Virus record (IMG/VR): IMGVR_UViG_3300042261_000033
Span: 351 to 64,350 of that record
Length of the DNA stretch: 64,000 bases
Source: a virus
Taxonomy: Duplodnaviria; Caudoviricetes
Strand: one strand, 5' to 3'
Below are positions 37,001-46,387 of this stretch, piece after piece. The notes under the pieces were generated by a model. It was not told the DNA's origin and ran no database searches. It saw only the letters and a list, made by a program, of their open reading frames with translations. Each line of letters opens with the position of its first letter. Position 1 is the first letter of the stretch. The translations under genes and the position numbers were made by a program.

Positions 37001-37441
37001 TTAACCCATCATAAAAGAGATGAAGTACGCTTGGTCTGCGGTAGCGCCGCTATTGGCCTGCCACGACGGAGCTGTACCAACGCCGTTGCCGGTGAGCAGA
37101 TACCCAACGGTTGGCGTGTTAGATGAGTACACAGAGTTTTCTGCGGGGTAAGTACAGAATACAGTTTGTGTACCAGTGCTGAAGTTAACCTTAGAGCCAC
37201 CGGCAGAAGATGCTATGACCGTGTCGCGGGAAAGCGTATCTGGAGAAGCGTCAGTAACAGTGCCGATGCCAACTTCCCAGTTAGCGCCGCCCTGATCCGC
37301 GATTGTGTAGTAGGTGCTGTTGCCGTTGCCAATGCCGGAGACAAAGGTCTGATAGCCGGTTACTGCCCCACCTAGATTGACGGTAGCAGTCCCCGGCGCG
37401 GCGGCCGTTTCTTGTACGCGATCTCCTACGACGAAGGCCAT
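37001..37441 (-). CDS. Tail fibre attachment-like protein
   Basis: DRVQET...WEVGIGT...LSRDTV...VFCTYPA. Confidence 0.7.
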   Translation of the reverse strand: MAFVVGDRVQETAAAPGTATVNLGGAVTGYQTFVSGIGNGNSTYYTIADQGGANWEVGIGTVTDASPDTLSRDTVIASSAGGSKVNFSTGTQTVFCTYPAENSVYSSNTPTVGYLLTGNGVGTAPSWQANSGATADQAYFISFMMG

Positions 37442-37451
37442 TTAAGGCTCC

Positions 37452-38054
37452 TTACGACGTAGCAGTTGCGCTGTAAGTGACGCTAACGGTGTCGCCTGCA
37501 GTGGTGGTCTTGGCTGTTGCAAAGTTGCCAGCGCTATACAGCGTACCAGCCGTACTGCCTTGCGTGTTAACGGCGCCAGTACCAGTAACCAAGAAGCAGC
37601 CACCAACCGTGCCGCCAGCACCAGTGATGGTGTATGTGATTGCACTAGCTACTGACGAGGTCACGTTAGCAGGGGTTGCACCAGTCGAGGTTGCCGAAGC
37701 GAACACAGCCGTGCCGCGAACAGCGGAGCCGCCCACCGTGTAGTTAACGAACTCAGTCCAGCCACCGTGCGATGCCATGGTGTCGGTTTCTGCGTAAGTA
37801 CCAGTGCCAGATACCAGACCAAGGAACGGACCAACCACGCTATACGAGCTACCCTTCAGCAGCGTGTCCAGAAGCAGTTCTTTACCGATTGCAACGACCA
37901 GATTAGGGAAGCTTTCTTCCCACTTCAGGTTGCCGTCTTTGTCGTGGCAAACAACATGGTAGTGGCCAGCGATCAATGCCGACTCGGCGCTAATGGCGTT
38001 AGCTTGCAGAGTTGCCACTGCGTTATCGCCAAAACTAGATAGTTCTTTTTGCAT
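37452..38054 (-). CDS. Virion structural protein
   Basis: DKDGNLKWEE...NLVV motif; TAGGAG RBS. Confidence 0.7.
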   Translation of the reverse strand: MQKELSSFGDNAVATLQANAISAESALIAGHYHVVCHDKDGNLKWEESFPNLVVAIGKELLLDTLLKGSSYSVVGPFLGLVSGTGTYAETDTMASHGGWTEFVNYTVGGSAVRGTAVFASATSTGATPANVTSSVASAITYTITGAGGTVGGCFLVTGTGAVNTQGSTAGTLYSAGNFATAKTTTAGDTVSVTYSATATS

Positions 38055-38062
38055 GTCAACTC

Positions 38063-38485
38063 CTATGCTATGCGAATGACAGCCGCCGTTGAGGTGTCTG
38101 CCGGGAATGTTACTGTGAATGTGCTGGTTGCTGTTTTATCAGAACCAAAGTCAAGAACGCATACTGCTGCGCCGGTTGTTCCATTGTAGATCAGTGCGCC
38201 GCGAGCGGTAAAGTTTGCTGGGTCCCAAGTGGCATTTTCAAACGAAATATAAGCCACCGTAGAGTTTCCTGTGGCAACCGGAAGAAGCGTTAGGTCTTTA
38301 CCTGTTGCTGTATAACCCGTGCCATCAACTTCACCGTCTGATGTATACGCAGTTGTCTCTGGGCCAAGGTTTGCATTTGCTGTGTACAAAGCGATCTTAT
38401 ATGTATACGGCGTACCGGTGGCAAAGTCTTCATTGCCGCTGGCAAGGTTTACCTTGAATATGGTGCATGCGCCTTGCTGGATCAT
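38063..38485 (-). CDS. Virion structural protein
   Basis: YKIALYT...ARGALIYN...VLDFGSDKT. Confidence 0.7.
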   Translation of the reverse strand: MIQQGACTIFKVNLASGNEDFATGTPYTYKIALYTANANLGPETTAYTSDGEVDGTGYTATGKDLTLLPVATGNSTVAYISFENATWDPANFTARGALIYNGTTGAAVCVLDFGSDKTATSTFTVTFPADTSTAAVIRIA

Positions 38486-39399
38486 GTTGTCACCCTAACT
38501 CTTGGAGTGCCGCTACGGTACATGTCGGACATTTCCATGCCATCGCCCAGACGAATCAGCTGTTGTATGGCTTCATCGTATTTAGCCTTGTAATACTGAA
38601 CCATGTCCTGCTCGCCCTTCTGGAAGATAACGGCTTCCAGCATAGAGCCATAGAGCAAAATCGGAGAATAATTGTCGCCAAGCCACGATGTGCCTGTCGA
38701 GTTTGATACAGATGCCACCGGAACAGAGAACCCTGAGCCTGTGCCGCCAATACTGGAAGCGGCCGCGCTTAATGTATCTCCAACGACATACAGAGACCCG
38801 CCGTTCTTGATCGTAACGGACGAAACCCCACCGGCAGACACAACAATGTCTGCAGTGGCATATGTGCCATTACCGCCGGTCAGGCTTACATCCAAGTAAG
38901 TGCCATTGGTGTACGAAGATCCTGCTGTGATAACGCCAAGGCCGTTGATAACGCCCTGAACAATCGTTGGTGGATAATAGAAGTAATGCAGCTCTACGCT
39001 GTAGCTTGCGTCAGGAGTTGGGCCAAGAATAAACGACAGCTCATTGCGGCTTGCGTACTGAGGGCCAAACAGGGCGTAGTACCGTGGAAGGCCTGTATCA
39101 GTTGGATTCGGATAAGCGGCACGAATGAAGTTAACGTCCTTGTTTAACAGGTACTCGTAGCTGCCATCATCTTGAATGACGGCCATAGAGAACGTCGACA
39201 GGTAATCATCAGGGCATGCAAGATATCTGTTGTTCAAAGTAGCCGCGCCAACAACATTCTTTCGCAGCGCAGGGATCTGAACGGTGTTATAAATCCGTTC
39301 TTCAGCCTGCTGCACAAACGTCGGAATGCTGGCAACAAACAGCTGTTCTGTCGTTTCCAGATAGTCCTGAATGTTCTGCGAAAGTTGTTGGTAGTTCAT
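38482..39399 (-). CDS. Head-tail adaptor / tail tubular A-like protein with inserted beta domain
   Basis: FVQQAEERIYN, GLPRYYA, LGPTPD and LLYGSMLEA motifs. Confidence 0.7.
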   Translation of the reverse strand: MNYQQLSQNIQDYLETTEQLFVASIPTFVQQAEERIYNTVQIPALRKNVVGAATLNNRYLACPDDYLSTFSMAVIQDDGSYEYLLNKDVNFIRAAYPNPTDTGLPRYYALFGPQYASRNELSFILGPTPDASYSVELHYFYYPPTIVQGVINGLGVITAGSSYTNGTYLDVSLTGGNGTYATADIVVSAGGVSSVTIKNGGSLYVVGDTLSAAASSIGGTGSGFSVPVASVSNSTGTSWLGDNYSPILLYGSMLEAVIFQKGEQDMVQYYKAKYDEAIQQLIRLGDGMEMSDMYRSGTPRVRVTT

Positions 39400-39401
39400 G
39401 G

Positions 39402-39662
39402 TTAGCCTTGCTTACCGCTGATCTTACGACCCTTAGTTGCAGCGCCATATCCCTTCATCTGCTTAACGCCGTACTGATCTTTGCCTGCATAGTTCTTGGT
39501 CTGATTGCCAAGGCTAATGCGTAAGTCATCAAGCGTCGAACCGGTGCGATATACGCCATCAGTCGAGTTGTTGTTTGGTTGTGGCTGCTTGTAAACGCCG
39601 ATGTCGTTACCGCCGCCAGCAGGGTAATGAATACCCGATAATTCGTCTGCTGTTTTACCCAT
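39402..39662 (-). CDS. Small protein with basic C-terminal motif
   Basis: MKGYGAATKGRKISG tail; start revised to MGKTA. Confidence 0.65.
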   Translation of the reverse strand: MGKTADELSGIHYPAGGGNDIGVYKQPQPNNNSTDGVYRTGSTLDDLRISLGNQTKNYAGKDQYGVKQMKGYGAATKGRKISGKQG

Positions 39663-39669
39663 GATTATC

Positions 39670-39855
39670 TCACTTCTGGTTAGCGGCACGAGCAAGGTTA
39701 CGACCAACCTTTTTCATGGCGATAGAAGTAACGGTCGAAGCGCCCTTCTTGCCTTTGCCGGTTTGAACGCCAACGGTTGGACCGCTGTCGCCAAGGTTCT
39801 TGCCCTTGGTTTTACCTGTCTTAGTTACGCCATCTGCGGCACGTTTGTAAGCCAT
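39670..39855 (-). CDS. Small basic protein
   Basis: ADGVTKTGKTKG motif; AAGGAG RBS. Confidence 0.7.
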   Translation of the reverse strand: MAYKRAADGVTKTGKTKGKNLGDSGPTVGVQTGKGKKGASTVTSIAMKKVGRNLARAANQK

Positions 39856-39911
39856 TTTGAACTCCTTTAGAGGTTACTGCATTAAACCACGACTATTAAA
39901 CAAATTCCACA

Positions 39912-40619
39912 TTAGGAATATGTAAACGTTCCCGACCAAGTGCCGGTTCCATAAGCATTTGTTGCTGACACAGAAACCGTACCCGGTGCATGCGCTGGCG
40001 TTACCACCGTAGCTGTTGCATCGCTCAGTACAGTAATAGAAGTACCGGCCGCCCCGCCAAAGTCAACGGCAGTCAATCCAGTCATTCCTGTTCCGCTTAC
40101 GTATACGGTTGCACCACCAGCTGACGATGAGAACGGTGGCCCAACAGAGATAATGTCTGGAGCGCCCGGAGTTGGACCCGGAGCTGGCGCATCAACAGCA
40201 ACAGTAACAGTTCCGATTTCTACGTTTAACAACAAATCATTCGGAGTTAATCCGGCATCATCTTGGCGAGATCCGCCAACAGGCGCCCAACCCCATTGAA
40301 ACACTCTGCTACCGCCGCTTGGATATCCAAACCCATCTACGGTTGTATTGCCTGTTAAATCGATCTGTAGACCCGTTGTGCCGCCAACCAAATAGCTTGG
40401 GCTATCAGGGCGTGGCTCACGCACAGCCTGCGGATCATTGACTGGATACATGCCCAGCTGAAGTTGCGGCTGGTCTGGATCCCAACATGAGCGACACACC
40501 TTAATCCGGTATGGCTTTGTCTTAAGCACCTGAATGCTCAATTCCTTCAACATGTACCGCTCATTACAGCGATCACACTGAGCAATTGCGTATTTGCCGG
40601 ATGCGTACTTAGTTGGCAT
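39912..40619 (-). CDS. CxxC-containing virion protein with C-terminal IPT/TIG (Ig-like) domain
   Basis: CDRC...CRSCWDPDQPQ; C-terminal GGATVYVSGTG...VDFGG...TPAHAPGTVSVSATN. Confidence 0.7.
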   Translation of the reverse strand: MPTKYASGKYAIAQCDRCNERYMLKELSIQVLKTKPYRIKVCRSCWDPDQPQLQLGMYPVNDPQAVREPRPDSPSYLVGGTTGLQIDLTGNTTVDGFGYPSGGSRVFQWGWAPVGGSRQDDAGLTPNDLLLNVEIGTVTVAVDAPAPGPTPGAPDIISVGPPFSSSAGGATVYVSGTGMTGLTAVDFGGAAGTSITVLSDATATVVTPAHAPGTVSVSATNAYGTGTWSGTFTYS

Positions 40620-41554
40620 TATCGATAATAGAACATATTGCGTGGAACAAAGCGAACAGAAGCCTTTTCTCGGTCTTCTTGCTCAGCAAGGGTCCACTGC
40701 TGTTCGTAGTCCGCTTTCAGCATCGGGATTCGATTTGGATCTACATCTGGAAGCTTCTGAGACAGATAAAATGCCAGACCGGCAACAAGACATGGGATAA
40801 AGCGGAATGGAATATCGCCGATATTTGTACCGCTGCCAGCATCCTGAACGCGACGCATACGCCAGTAAACGAAGGTGTACTGATCTCCCGGCGGGTTAGG
40901 TGTTGGCCACACATTGATACATGGCAGGTTATTCACAGTGACACTTGCCGCGTCTGCGTGAGATGCTGCTGTTGTACCGTTCTGACCGCGCCATGCATTT
41001 ACTATCTGGTTCCCGACAATGTTCTGGTATGCGATGGTTTCAGATCCAATGTTGATGAAACCCACCAAGGGTAAGCTAGACGCATTATCGACAGTAATAG
41101 TAGTATCAGTAGCAGAAATGCTTCCATCAAGGGCCGTGCTGGCCGTAGCCGGTATAAGACCCGTTTGACGGTTGATCCACACTTGGATAGGACGGCCATT
41201 GGTATTCTTGTTCGGAATGGTTGAATAAGTGGACTCAGAGATCCGATTGATGTTGATGTCAATCTGATTGGTCTGAGAGCCATTGTCTGTACGAATAACC
41301 TGATCCAGAAGATCGATTGTGTCCACGGGAAGTGCATAAACAGACTGATAGCTATTAAGCAGGATTTGACCCTGTTCAATAGTCCACAGGTTGATGCCGC
41401 GATTTGCCCATTCAATGGTCAGCAGATTCATACTGCGCTTAGCGGTTCTGAAGTCATAGCCTGACCGCAGCTCTTTGCCACAGCGCTCAAAGGCCTCTTC
41501 GATCAGGTCGTTGAGGTCTAAGTTAAATAAAGATGTACCCGAAGTGGTGGCCAT
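40619..41554 (-). CDS. Head completion / adaptor protein
   Basis: IEEAFERCG, EWANRGINLWT, GRPIQ, VWPTP and FIPCLVAGLA motifs. Confidence 0.7.
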   Translation of the reverse strand: MATTSGTSLFNLDLNDLIEEAFERCGKELRSGYDFRTAKRSMNLLTIEWANRGINLWTIEQGQILLNSYQSVYALPVDTIDLLDQVIRTDNGSQTNQIDININRISESTYSTIPNKNTNGRPIQVWINRQTGLIPATASTALDGSISATDTTITVDNASSLPLVGFINIGSETIAYQNIVGNQIVNAWRGQNGTTAASHADAASVTVNNLPCINVWPTPNPPGDQYTFVYWRMRRVQDAGSGTNIGDIPFRFIPCLVAGLAFYLSQKLPDVDPNRIPMLKADYEQQWTLAEQEDREKASVRFVPRNMFYYR

Positions 41555-41826
41555 TATTTACAGTTCCATCGCTTAAGAGAAGCTGCTTTGCGAGTTGGTC
41601 TGCCCTTCTCGTCCTTCATCGGACCGGGCATTCCCGACATTCTGGCACAGAACGACTTGCGTCGAGCTGCGTCCTTCTCTGTTTTTGGGTTTGGGGCTGG
41701 AGCCTTTAAATTGGATCCTGTTTCCCTGTTGTATTTGGCGCGGCCTTTGGCAGTCAAACCCGCCCCTTTCGAGACAGGCAGCTTCTCGCCACGACCGACT
41801 GCAAGGGTTGGGTTCTTCTTTGCCAT
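41554..41826 (-). CDS. Small basic protein (DUF6321-like)
   Basis: GLTAKGRAKYN...RRKSFCARM...SLKRWNC. Confidence 0.7.
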   Translation of the reverse strand: MAKKNPTLAVGRGEKLPVSKGAGLTAKGRAKYNRETGSNLKAPAPNPKTEKDAARRKSFCARMSGMPGPMKDEKGRPTRKAASLKRWNCK

Positions 41827-42098
41827 TACTTCATCTTCTTCAGGGTTTCAGCCAAACGAGCGCGTTGACCGAGCTTGCCCGGCGCTTTAGCTGCTTTAGA
41901 CAGCTTCTTCGCTGGGATCTTCTCGCCTGCCTTAACGCCAAGAGCCTTGCGCAGAGCGCCCGGCTTCTTGATTGCGCCAGCGATCCAACCGCCTTTTGCA
42001 TACTCATCAACGACATCGGGATTGTCTTTACGAACAATCTTCTTTGCCTTTGGCATTTTAGAGGGCATGATATCGCCCATTCCGCGAGAAGCTCTCAT
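41826..42098 (-). CDS. Small basic protein
   Basis: WIAGAIKKPGALRKALG...ARLAETLKK. Confidence 0.7.
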   Translation of the reverse strand: MRASRGMGDIMPSKMPKAKKIVRKDNPDVVDEYAKGGWIAGAIKKPGALRKALGVKAGEKIPAKKLSKAAKAPGKLGQRARLAETLKKMK

Positions 42099-42100
42099 GA

Positions 42101-42394
42101 TTACACCACACGTCCGCGTGTTTTACCACGTACAGCACAACCATCGGCGCGACGAGAGGCCGAACCAATTGAGCCGCCTTTAGCTTTTTTAACAACATCA
42201 ACTTTCGGGTTGTTAACTTGTTGCATAGTTTTAGCGCGACCAAGTTCACGTTGAAGTTCGCTGGCATAGCCTTCTGGGGCATTCTCCAAAACCTTCTTAC
42301 CGCCGTACATAACGTCGTTTTCAGACCAGCCGCCGTCTTCTCCTCCGGCAATGTAGTCTTTTTGCGTGTAACGCGATTCTTTCTTATCGGCCAT
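42101..42394 (-). CDS. Small protein with SASRRADG...GKTRG tail
   Basis: C-terminus shared with the next ORF. Confidence 0.7.
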   Translation of the reverse strand: MADKKESRYTQKDYIAGGEDGGWSENDVMYGGKKVLENAPEGYASELQRELGRAKTMQQVNNPKVDVVKKAKGGSIGSASRRADGCAVRGKTRGRVV

Positions 42395-42396
42395 GA

Positions 42397-42675
42397 TTAC
42401 ACCATGCGTCCGCGAGTCTTGCCCTTAACGGCAATGCCATCTGCACGTTTAGATGCTGATCCAACGCTGCCGCCCTTCTTGAACAAGCTGCCCATTTCAG
42501 ACTTGGTCGTTGGAGCGGCTTCTTCTTTCTTGCGAGTGGCTGCATCAGCAGCGGCTTGTTGCGATTCCTTAGAAGGAGCCTTTTCTTTCACTGGCTCAGT
42601 CTTTGGCGTTGTAACCTTTGCAGATTGCTCACCAGCTTTCATCGCATTAAACAGCTCTTCGTATCGGCTAGTCAT
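42397..42675 (-). CDS. Small protein with SASKRADG...GKTRG tail
   Basis: C-terminus shared with the previous ORF. Confidence 0.7.
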   Translation of the reverse strand: MTSRYEELFNAMKAGEQSAKVTTPKTEPVKEKAPSKESQQAAADAATRKKEEAAPTTKSEMGSLFKKGGSVGSASKRADGIAVKGKTRGRMV

Positions 42676-42676
42676 G

Positions 42677-43093
42677 TTAGCACTTCCCGCCTTTTTTCAT
42701 TGTCACTGCGCGAGCTTTGGTTTTGCCTTTAGTGGCAATGCCATCTGCGCTCTTATGGCCAGCAGCCAAACCGCCGCCTGCCATCTTCTTGGTCTTGCCA
42801 CCGCCGCACATCTTGGTGCAGCCGCCCTTCTTTAGAGCTGCGAGATCAGTCTTCTTGCCGCCATGCAGTTGTTTATCATGCATGCCAACAGCTTTCTTGA
42901 TCATCTTCTTGTCTTCGACGATGTCGTCATGTTTCATCTTTGCCATAGTTCCACCTTTAGCGAATGTCTTGCCTTTGTCGGCTGCGGTAAATTCTTTACC
43001 AACAGACTGTTTGATGCCAACCTTCTTGGCAAACTGTGGGTTGTGAGCCACAGCAGCCATCAGATTGTGCTGCTTTTTGCTAACGCTGGGCAT
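42677..43093 (-). CDS. Small basic protein with repeated xxGG motifs
   Basis: Start revised to MPSVSKKQ (AAGGAG RBS); ADGIATKGKTK near the C-terminus. Confidence 0.7.
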   Translation of the reverse strand: MPSVSKKQHNLMAAVAHNPQFAKKVGIKQSVGKEFTAADKGKTFAKGGTMAKMKHDDIVEDKKMIKKAVGMHDKQLHGGKKTDLAALKKGGCTKMCGGGKTKKMAGGGLAAGHKSADGIATKGKTKARAVTMKKGGKC

Positions 43094-43355
43094 GCTGAAG
43101 CTCCTTAATGAAGACATCAATCTTTTGATCCAGCCTTTCAAGCCTGTCGATGACTCGACCGATGTCGGCGTGGACTTCGGCTTTGGTGACGTACTCCTTG
43201 GCGATCTCTTCACGGGTGCGGTTGAGGAGGATCGAGAGACGTTGGATTTCTGTCTTGGCGTCGTCAAATTCCTTCTCCTTGATCTTCGCAGCCCAGCTAA
43301 TCACACCAAGAAATACGGTTATTGCCGCATTCCACATGATGCCCCATTCGGTCAT
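43080..43355 (-). CDS. Small membrane / coiled-coil protein
   Basis: N-terminal TM helix followed by LNRTREEIAKEYVTK coiled coil. Confidence 0.7.
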   Translation of the reverse strand: MTEWGIMWNAAITVFLGVISWAAKIKEKEFDDAKTEIQRLSILLNRTREEIAKEYVTKAEVHADIGRVIDRLERLDQKIDVFIKELQHAQR

Positions 43356-43367
43356 AGAGTCGCTCCA

Positions 43368-43652
43368 TTAACCGTAGAACACCGTAACGGCGGACACGTT
43401 AGCGTCTGCGAATGTAGCGTAGATGCTCGTATCGAACTTCACGCCTTCGCCCGGAATGTAAATATTCTGGATGCTTGCAGCTGCTGGAGTGGTGATTGTC
43501 ATAATGGTTGTGCCGCTAGAGCCGCCGTCTTTAATTGCAACAGAGCTTGCAGTCGCGCCACAAGTAACAACAATACCCTTAACTCGTGCAGGGCCGCCAA
43601 ATACAGCGCCGCTTGCGGAAAGGGATTTAGCCTTTACGTCAGTTTGCATCAT
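43368..43652 (-). CDS. Small virion protein
   Basis: MQTDVK...IPGEGVKF...TVFYG; GAGGAG RBS. Confidence 0.7.
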   Translation of the reverse strand: MMQTDVKAKSLSASGAVFGGPARVKGIVVTCGATASSVAIKDGGSSGTTIMTITTPAAASIQNIYIPGEGVKFDTSIYATFADANVSAVTVFYG

Positions 43653-43697
43653 AATCTTCTCCTCAATGGACAACAGGGGGCTTCCGCCCCCTAGTCA

Positions 43698-44192
43698 TTA
43701 GACGTTCTGTTGACCGCTGAGAGGATCTTGCACGTAGTACGTGATGATGCCCGACAGGACGGTGCCGTTAGCAGGAGCATTAGCGCCAGTGCCAGCGGTG
43801 ATGTAAACCATCTGAGTCGACGACAGAACGTTGGCAATGCCGCCGCCGTTAGTGGTCGAGGCTACGTTCGTAACAGAAGCTACGTTAGCGTTGCCTTCGT
43901 TGATGATGCCGTTTGCATTGGTCGTGCCAGACGAGTACAGGGTGAAGCCCATGTCAAAGGTCTTGGTGGCAGCAGCGTTTGCAGTAACAGCGGTCACGTC
44001 AAGAATGACGGCGCCAGCTGGAAGGATTACATATGCGTTGCTCGACGACGAAACGACGCACTTGGTGGTCGAAGCGGCAGCCAGATTTGATGCGTAAAAG
44101 GTTGCGGTCATTACACCAGAACCACAGTATGCGGTGCGAGTTTGATCGCCGCCGCCCGAACGCCAGATGCTTTGGGTAGTAGAAACAGCCAT
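43698..44192 (-). CDS. Capsid decoration-like protein
   Basis: ILPAGAVILDV beta-rich protein directly after the capsid gene. Confidence 0.6.
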   Translation of the reverse strand: MAVSTTQSIWRSGGGDQTRTAYCGSGVMTATFYASNLAAASTTKCVVSSSSNAYVILPAGAVILDVTAVTANAAATKTFDMGFTLYSSGTTNANGIINEGNANVASVTNVASTTNGGGIANVLSSTQMVYITAGTGANAPANGTVLSGIITYYVQDPLSGQQNV

Positions 44193-44305
44193 GTTAATTC
44201 TCCATACAGTATAGGCCAGTCAGTCGGTATGGCGTCTGCCGGGGCAGTCTGAAAGGCCGGGAATCCCGGTTTATTTGATATTACTCTTGCTTTAAATCAT
44301 GTCAA
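44193..44305 (-). promoter_or_regulatory. Putative promoter and structured 5' leader
   Basis: TTGACA-16 bp-TAATAT; the leader has CCATAC complementary to GTATGG overlapping the SD. Confidence 0.5.
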
Positions 44306-44312
44306 CTACTTA

Positions 44313-44342
44313 TAAAGAAAAACCCCGCCGAAGCGGGGCTTT
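44313..44342 (-). terminator. Rho-independent terminator after the major capsid gene
   Basis: GCCCCGC-TTCG-GCGGGGT followed by TTTTCTTT. Confidence 0.9.
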
Positions 44343-44360
44343 CCTTGTTGCTTGGCGTTA

Positions 44361-45269
44361 TTAGGCGCCTTGCGAACCGTACATGCCGAGAGGATCCGAC
44401 CAGCCGAACGAGTAACGCTCACGAGCCTTGTAACGTACGTTACCAGTATCGAAGTCACCGTCCATGCTGTTTTGCAGCGGAGTACGCTCAAAGTGCTTCA
44501 TGCCGTTTGGAACATCGGTCGTCAGGAACCATGCGTTCGTGTCGGTCAACCAGTGGTTGATCGTGTAGCCTTCGGCTACCGAACCATTGTTCTTGATGGC
44601 GTTGATGTCGTTGTCGTTGGTGCCAACACGCAGCTCGGTTTCGAGCAGGCGGGTTGCAACGAACTGCAGCGAAGTTGGAACGATCAGCTTCTTAGGCTTA
44701 GCAGCGATCAGCAGACCACGTTCATCCGTCCACAGGCTGATTTGGATAACGGCAGCTTCAAGCGAAGTTTCGTTAAGGTCAGCAGCAGTTGATGGAATGT
44801 TCGAGTTCGTGCCACCAGATACCAGTGGGTGCGAAGCCGAGAACAGAGGTTGACCGTCACCACCGTTGTAGCCCGAGGTAAAGCCGTTGTTCAGAACAGC
44901 GGCAGCCTTGACTTGCTTGGTGTAAGCCATCGAACGAGCCAGAGCCTTCGTGTAACGAGCCGACAGCGAGTCGTACAGGTTATCTTCAATGGCTTCTTCA
45001 GTCAGGCTGAAGCCCATTGCGATGGTCTCGTGGTTGTATCGGCTGGTCCATGCTTCTTGACCGTTGTCATAAGCGATGGCCGAACCTTCAGGCTTAACCG
45101 GAGCAGCCGAGAAGCCCGACAGCTTGGTTTCTTCTTCGAAGCTACGTTCCGAAGATTCGGTTTCGTAGATCTCTTTATGCTCTTCGCCGTAACGAGCATA
45201 TTCCAGACCGAACAGGGCGTTCAGGCCGGGCAGCAGCTCTTTAAGCAGTTGTGCGCGTGAAATTGCCAT
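44361..45269 (-). CDS. Major capsid protein (Mu gpT-like, HK97 fold)
   Basis: MAISRAQLLKELLPGLNALFG...GDFDTGNVRYKARERYSFG; strong codon bias; followed by a terminator. Confidence 0.92.
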   Translation of the reverse strand: MAISRAQLLKELLPGLNALFGLEYARYGEEHKEIYETESSERSFEEETKLSGFSAAPVKPEGSAIAYDNGQEAWTSRYNHETIAMGFSLTEEAIEDNLYDSLSARYTKALARSMAYTKQVKAAAVLNNGFTSGYNGGDGQPLFSASHPLVSGGTNSNIPSTAADLNETSLEAAVIQISLWTDERGLLIAAKPKKLIVPTSLQFVATRLLETELRVGTNDNDINAIKNNGSVAEGYTINHWLTDTNAWFLTTDVPNGMKHFERTPLQNSMDGDFDTGNVRYKARERYSFGWSDPLGMYGSQGA

Positions 45270-45281
45270 GATTAACTCCTA

Positions 45282-45908
45282 TTAGGCTGCGTAATCCAGA
45301 CCCGTGGTACCAAGGATCTGCGGATTGTTGAGTTTGACAACTACTTCACAGTAGGTAGTCGACGAAGTGTTGGTGTCAGTTACGACGCCGATTACACGCA
45401 GTGGCAGAGCAGCAGCGTTGCCAGCGGCATTCGTAGCGTAAACCGAAACAGCCGAGTCACCAGTTACAGTCGAACCAGTACCTTGGCGAACAGGAACGTT
45501 CGTGCCAACGATGCTTTGGTTTACCGAAGTAACGGTAGTGTTGCCCGAGTAAGTCACAGCAACCTTGAAGGCAGCCATTGGATCGTCGATAACGTATGCA
45601 ACAGCGTTGCTTACGCCCGAGTTACCCGGATAGTACTGAGCCTCAACAGGCTGGCTCATCGAGTTGGTGTAAGCCACGCCAACAAACACGCCATAGGTGT
45701 TGTTTGCAGCAGCAGTTGTTGCGTCGTCCGTAACGGTCGATTTTACGATTGTGCCACCAGCGGCGATACGCACGATGTCGCCGTTGTAGATTGCGGTGTT
45801 ATATGTCGAGGCAATCGGCAGTTGCTTGATTGCGCCAGCATAAGGCAGGCCATCTACACGGTTGATCGGCTTGAGGCCGTAAGGGGCGCTAACGGTTGGG
45901 TATGCCAT
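45282..45908 (-). CDS. Capsid-associated (cement/minor head) protein
   Basis: APYGLKP...IYNGDIV...GVFVG; directly upstream of the capsid gene. Confidence 0.7.
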   Translation of the reverse strand: MAYPTVSAPYGLKPINRVDGLPYAGAIKQLPIASTYNTAIYNGDIVRIAAGGTIVKSTVTDDATTAAANNTYGVFVGVAYTNSMSQPVEAQYYPGNSGVSNAVAYVIDDPMAAFKVAVTYSGNTTVTSVNQSIVGTNVPVRQGTGSTVTGDSAVSVYATNAAGNAAALPLRVIGVVTDTNTSSTTYCEVVVKLNNPQILGTTGLDYAA

Positions 45909-45932
45909 AGTTAACTCCAAAGATTTAAAAGA

Positions 45933-46385
45933 TTAAGAACCACGGCCAAAGCTAGTTGAGGACTTCCGTTCATTGAACAGAGGCATCCGCGCATCGCTTT
46001 GACGCATAAGGTTATTGTCTACAGCTTCCGTCTGGGACTGCGTCTGGCGAGCGTAATGTGCATTACGTTGTTCGACGAATTCCTTCGGGGTTTTGCAGAG
46101 CAGCAACCCGCCAATCTCAATGTTGTCTTTAAAACGACTATTTGGATCGACTAGCAGTTGAAATTTTGGTTGCTCTTCAAGCTTAACCGGTTCCCATCCC
46201 TCACGAAGTTTGGCCGAGAGGTTGCGTGGGTCCGCAGTATTAAGCGTTGAAACGCGAATCCAACGATAAGCAAATCCAGCCTGTTTGTCTGGCTCTGGGA
46301 GAAGCTCTGCAGGCATCCACTGCTTTGGACGCTCCAAGAGTTCACGGGTTTGCATATCACGAGTAACTTTGTTGTTTTCAGCCAT
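45933..46385 (-). CDS. Conserved head-module protein
   Basis: YRWIRVS...REGWEPV...IGGLLLCK. Confidence 0.75.
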   Translation of the reverse strand: MAENNKVTRDMQTRELLERPKQWMPAELLPEPDKQAGFAYRWIRVSTLNTADPRNLSAKLREGWEPVKLEEQPKFQLLVDPNSRFKDNIEIGGLLLCKTPKEFVEQRNAHYARQTQSQTEAVDNNLMRQSDARMPLFNERKSSTSFGRGS

Positions 46386-46387
46386 TT

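Noticed and set aside
43094-43267. N-terminal extension of the 196-aa ORF
   Set aside because: Overlaps the better-supported 43080-43355 gene; an RBS supports the start at 43093
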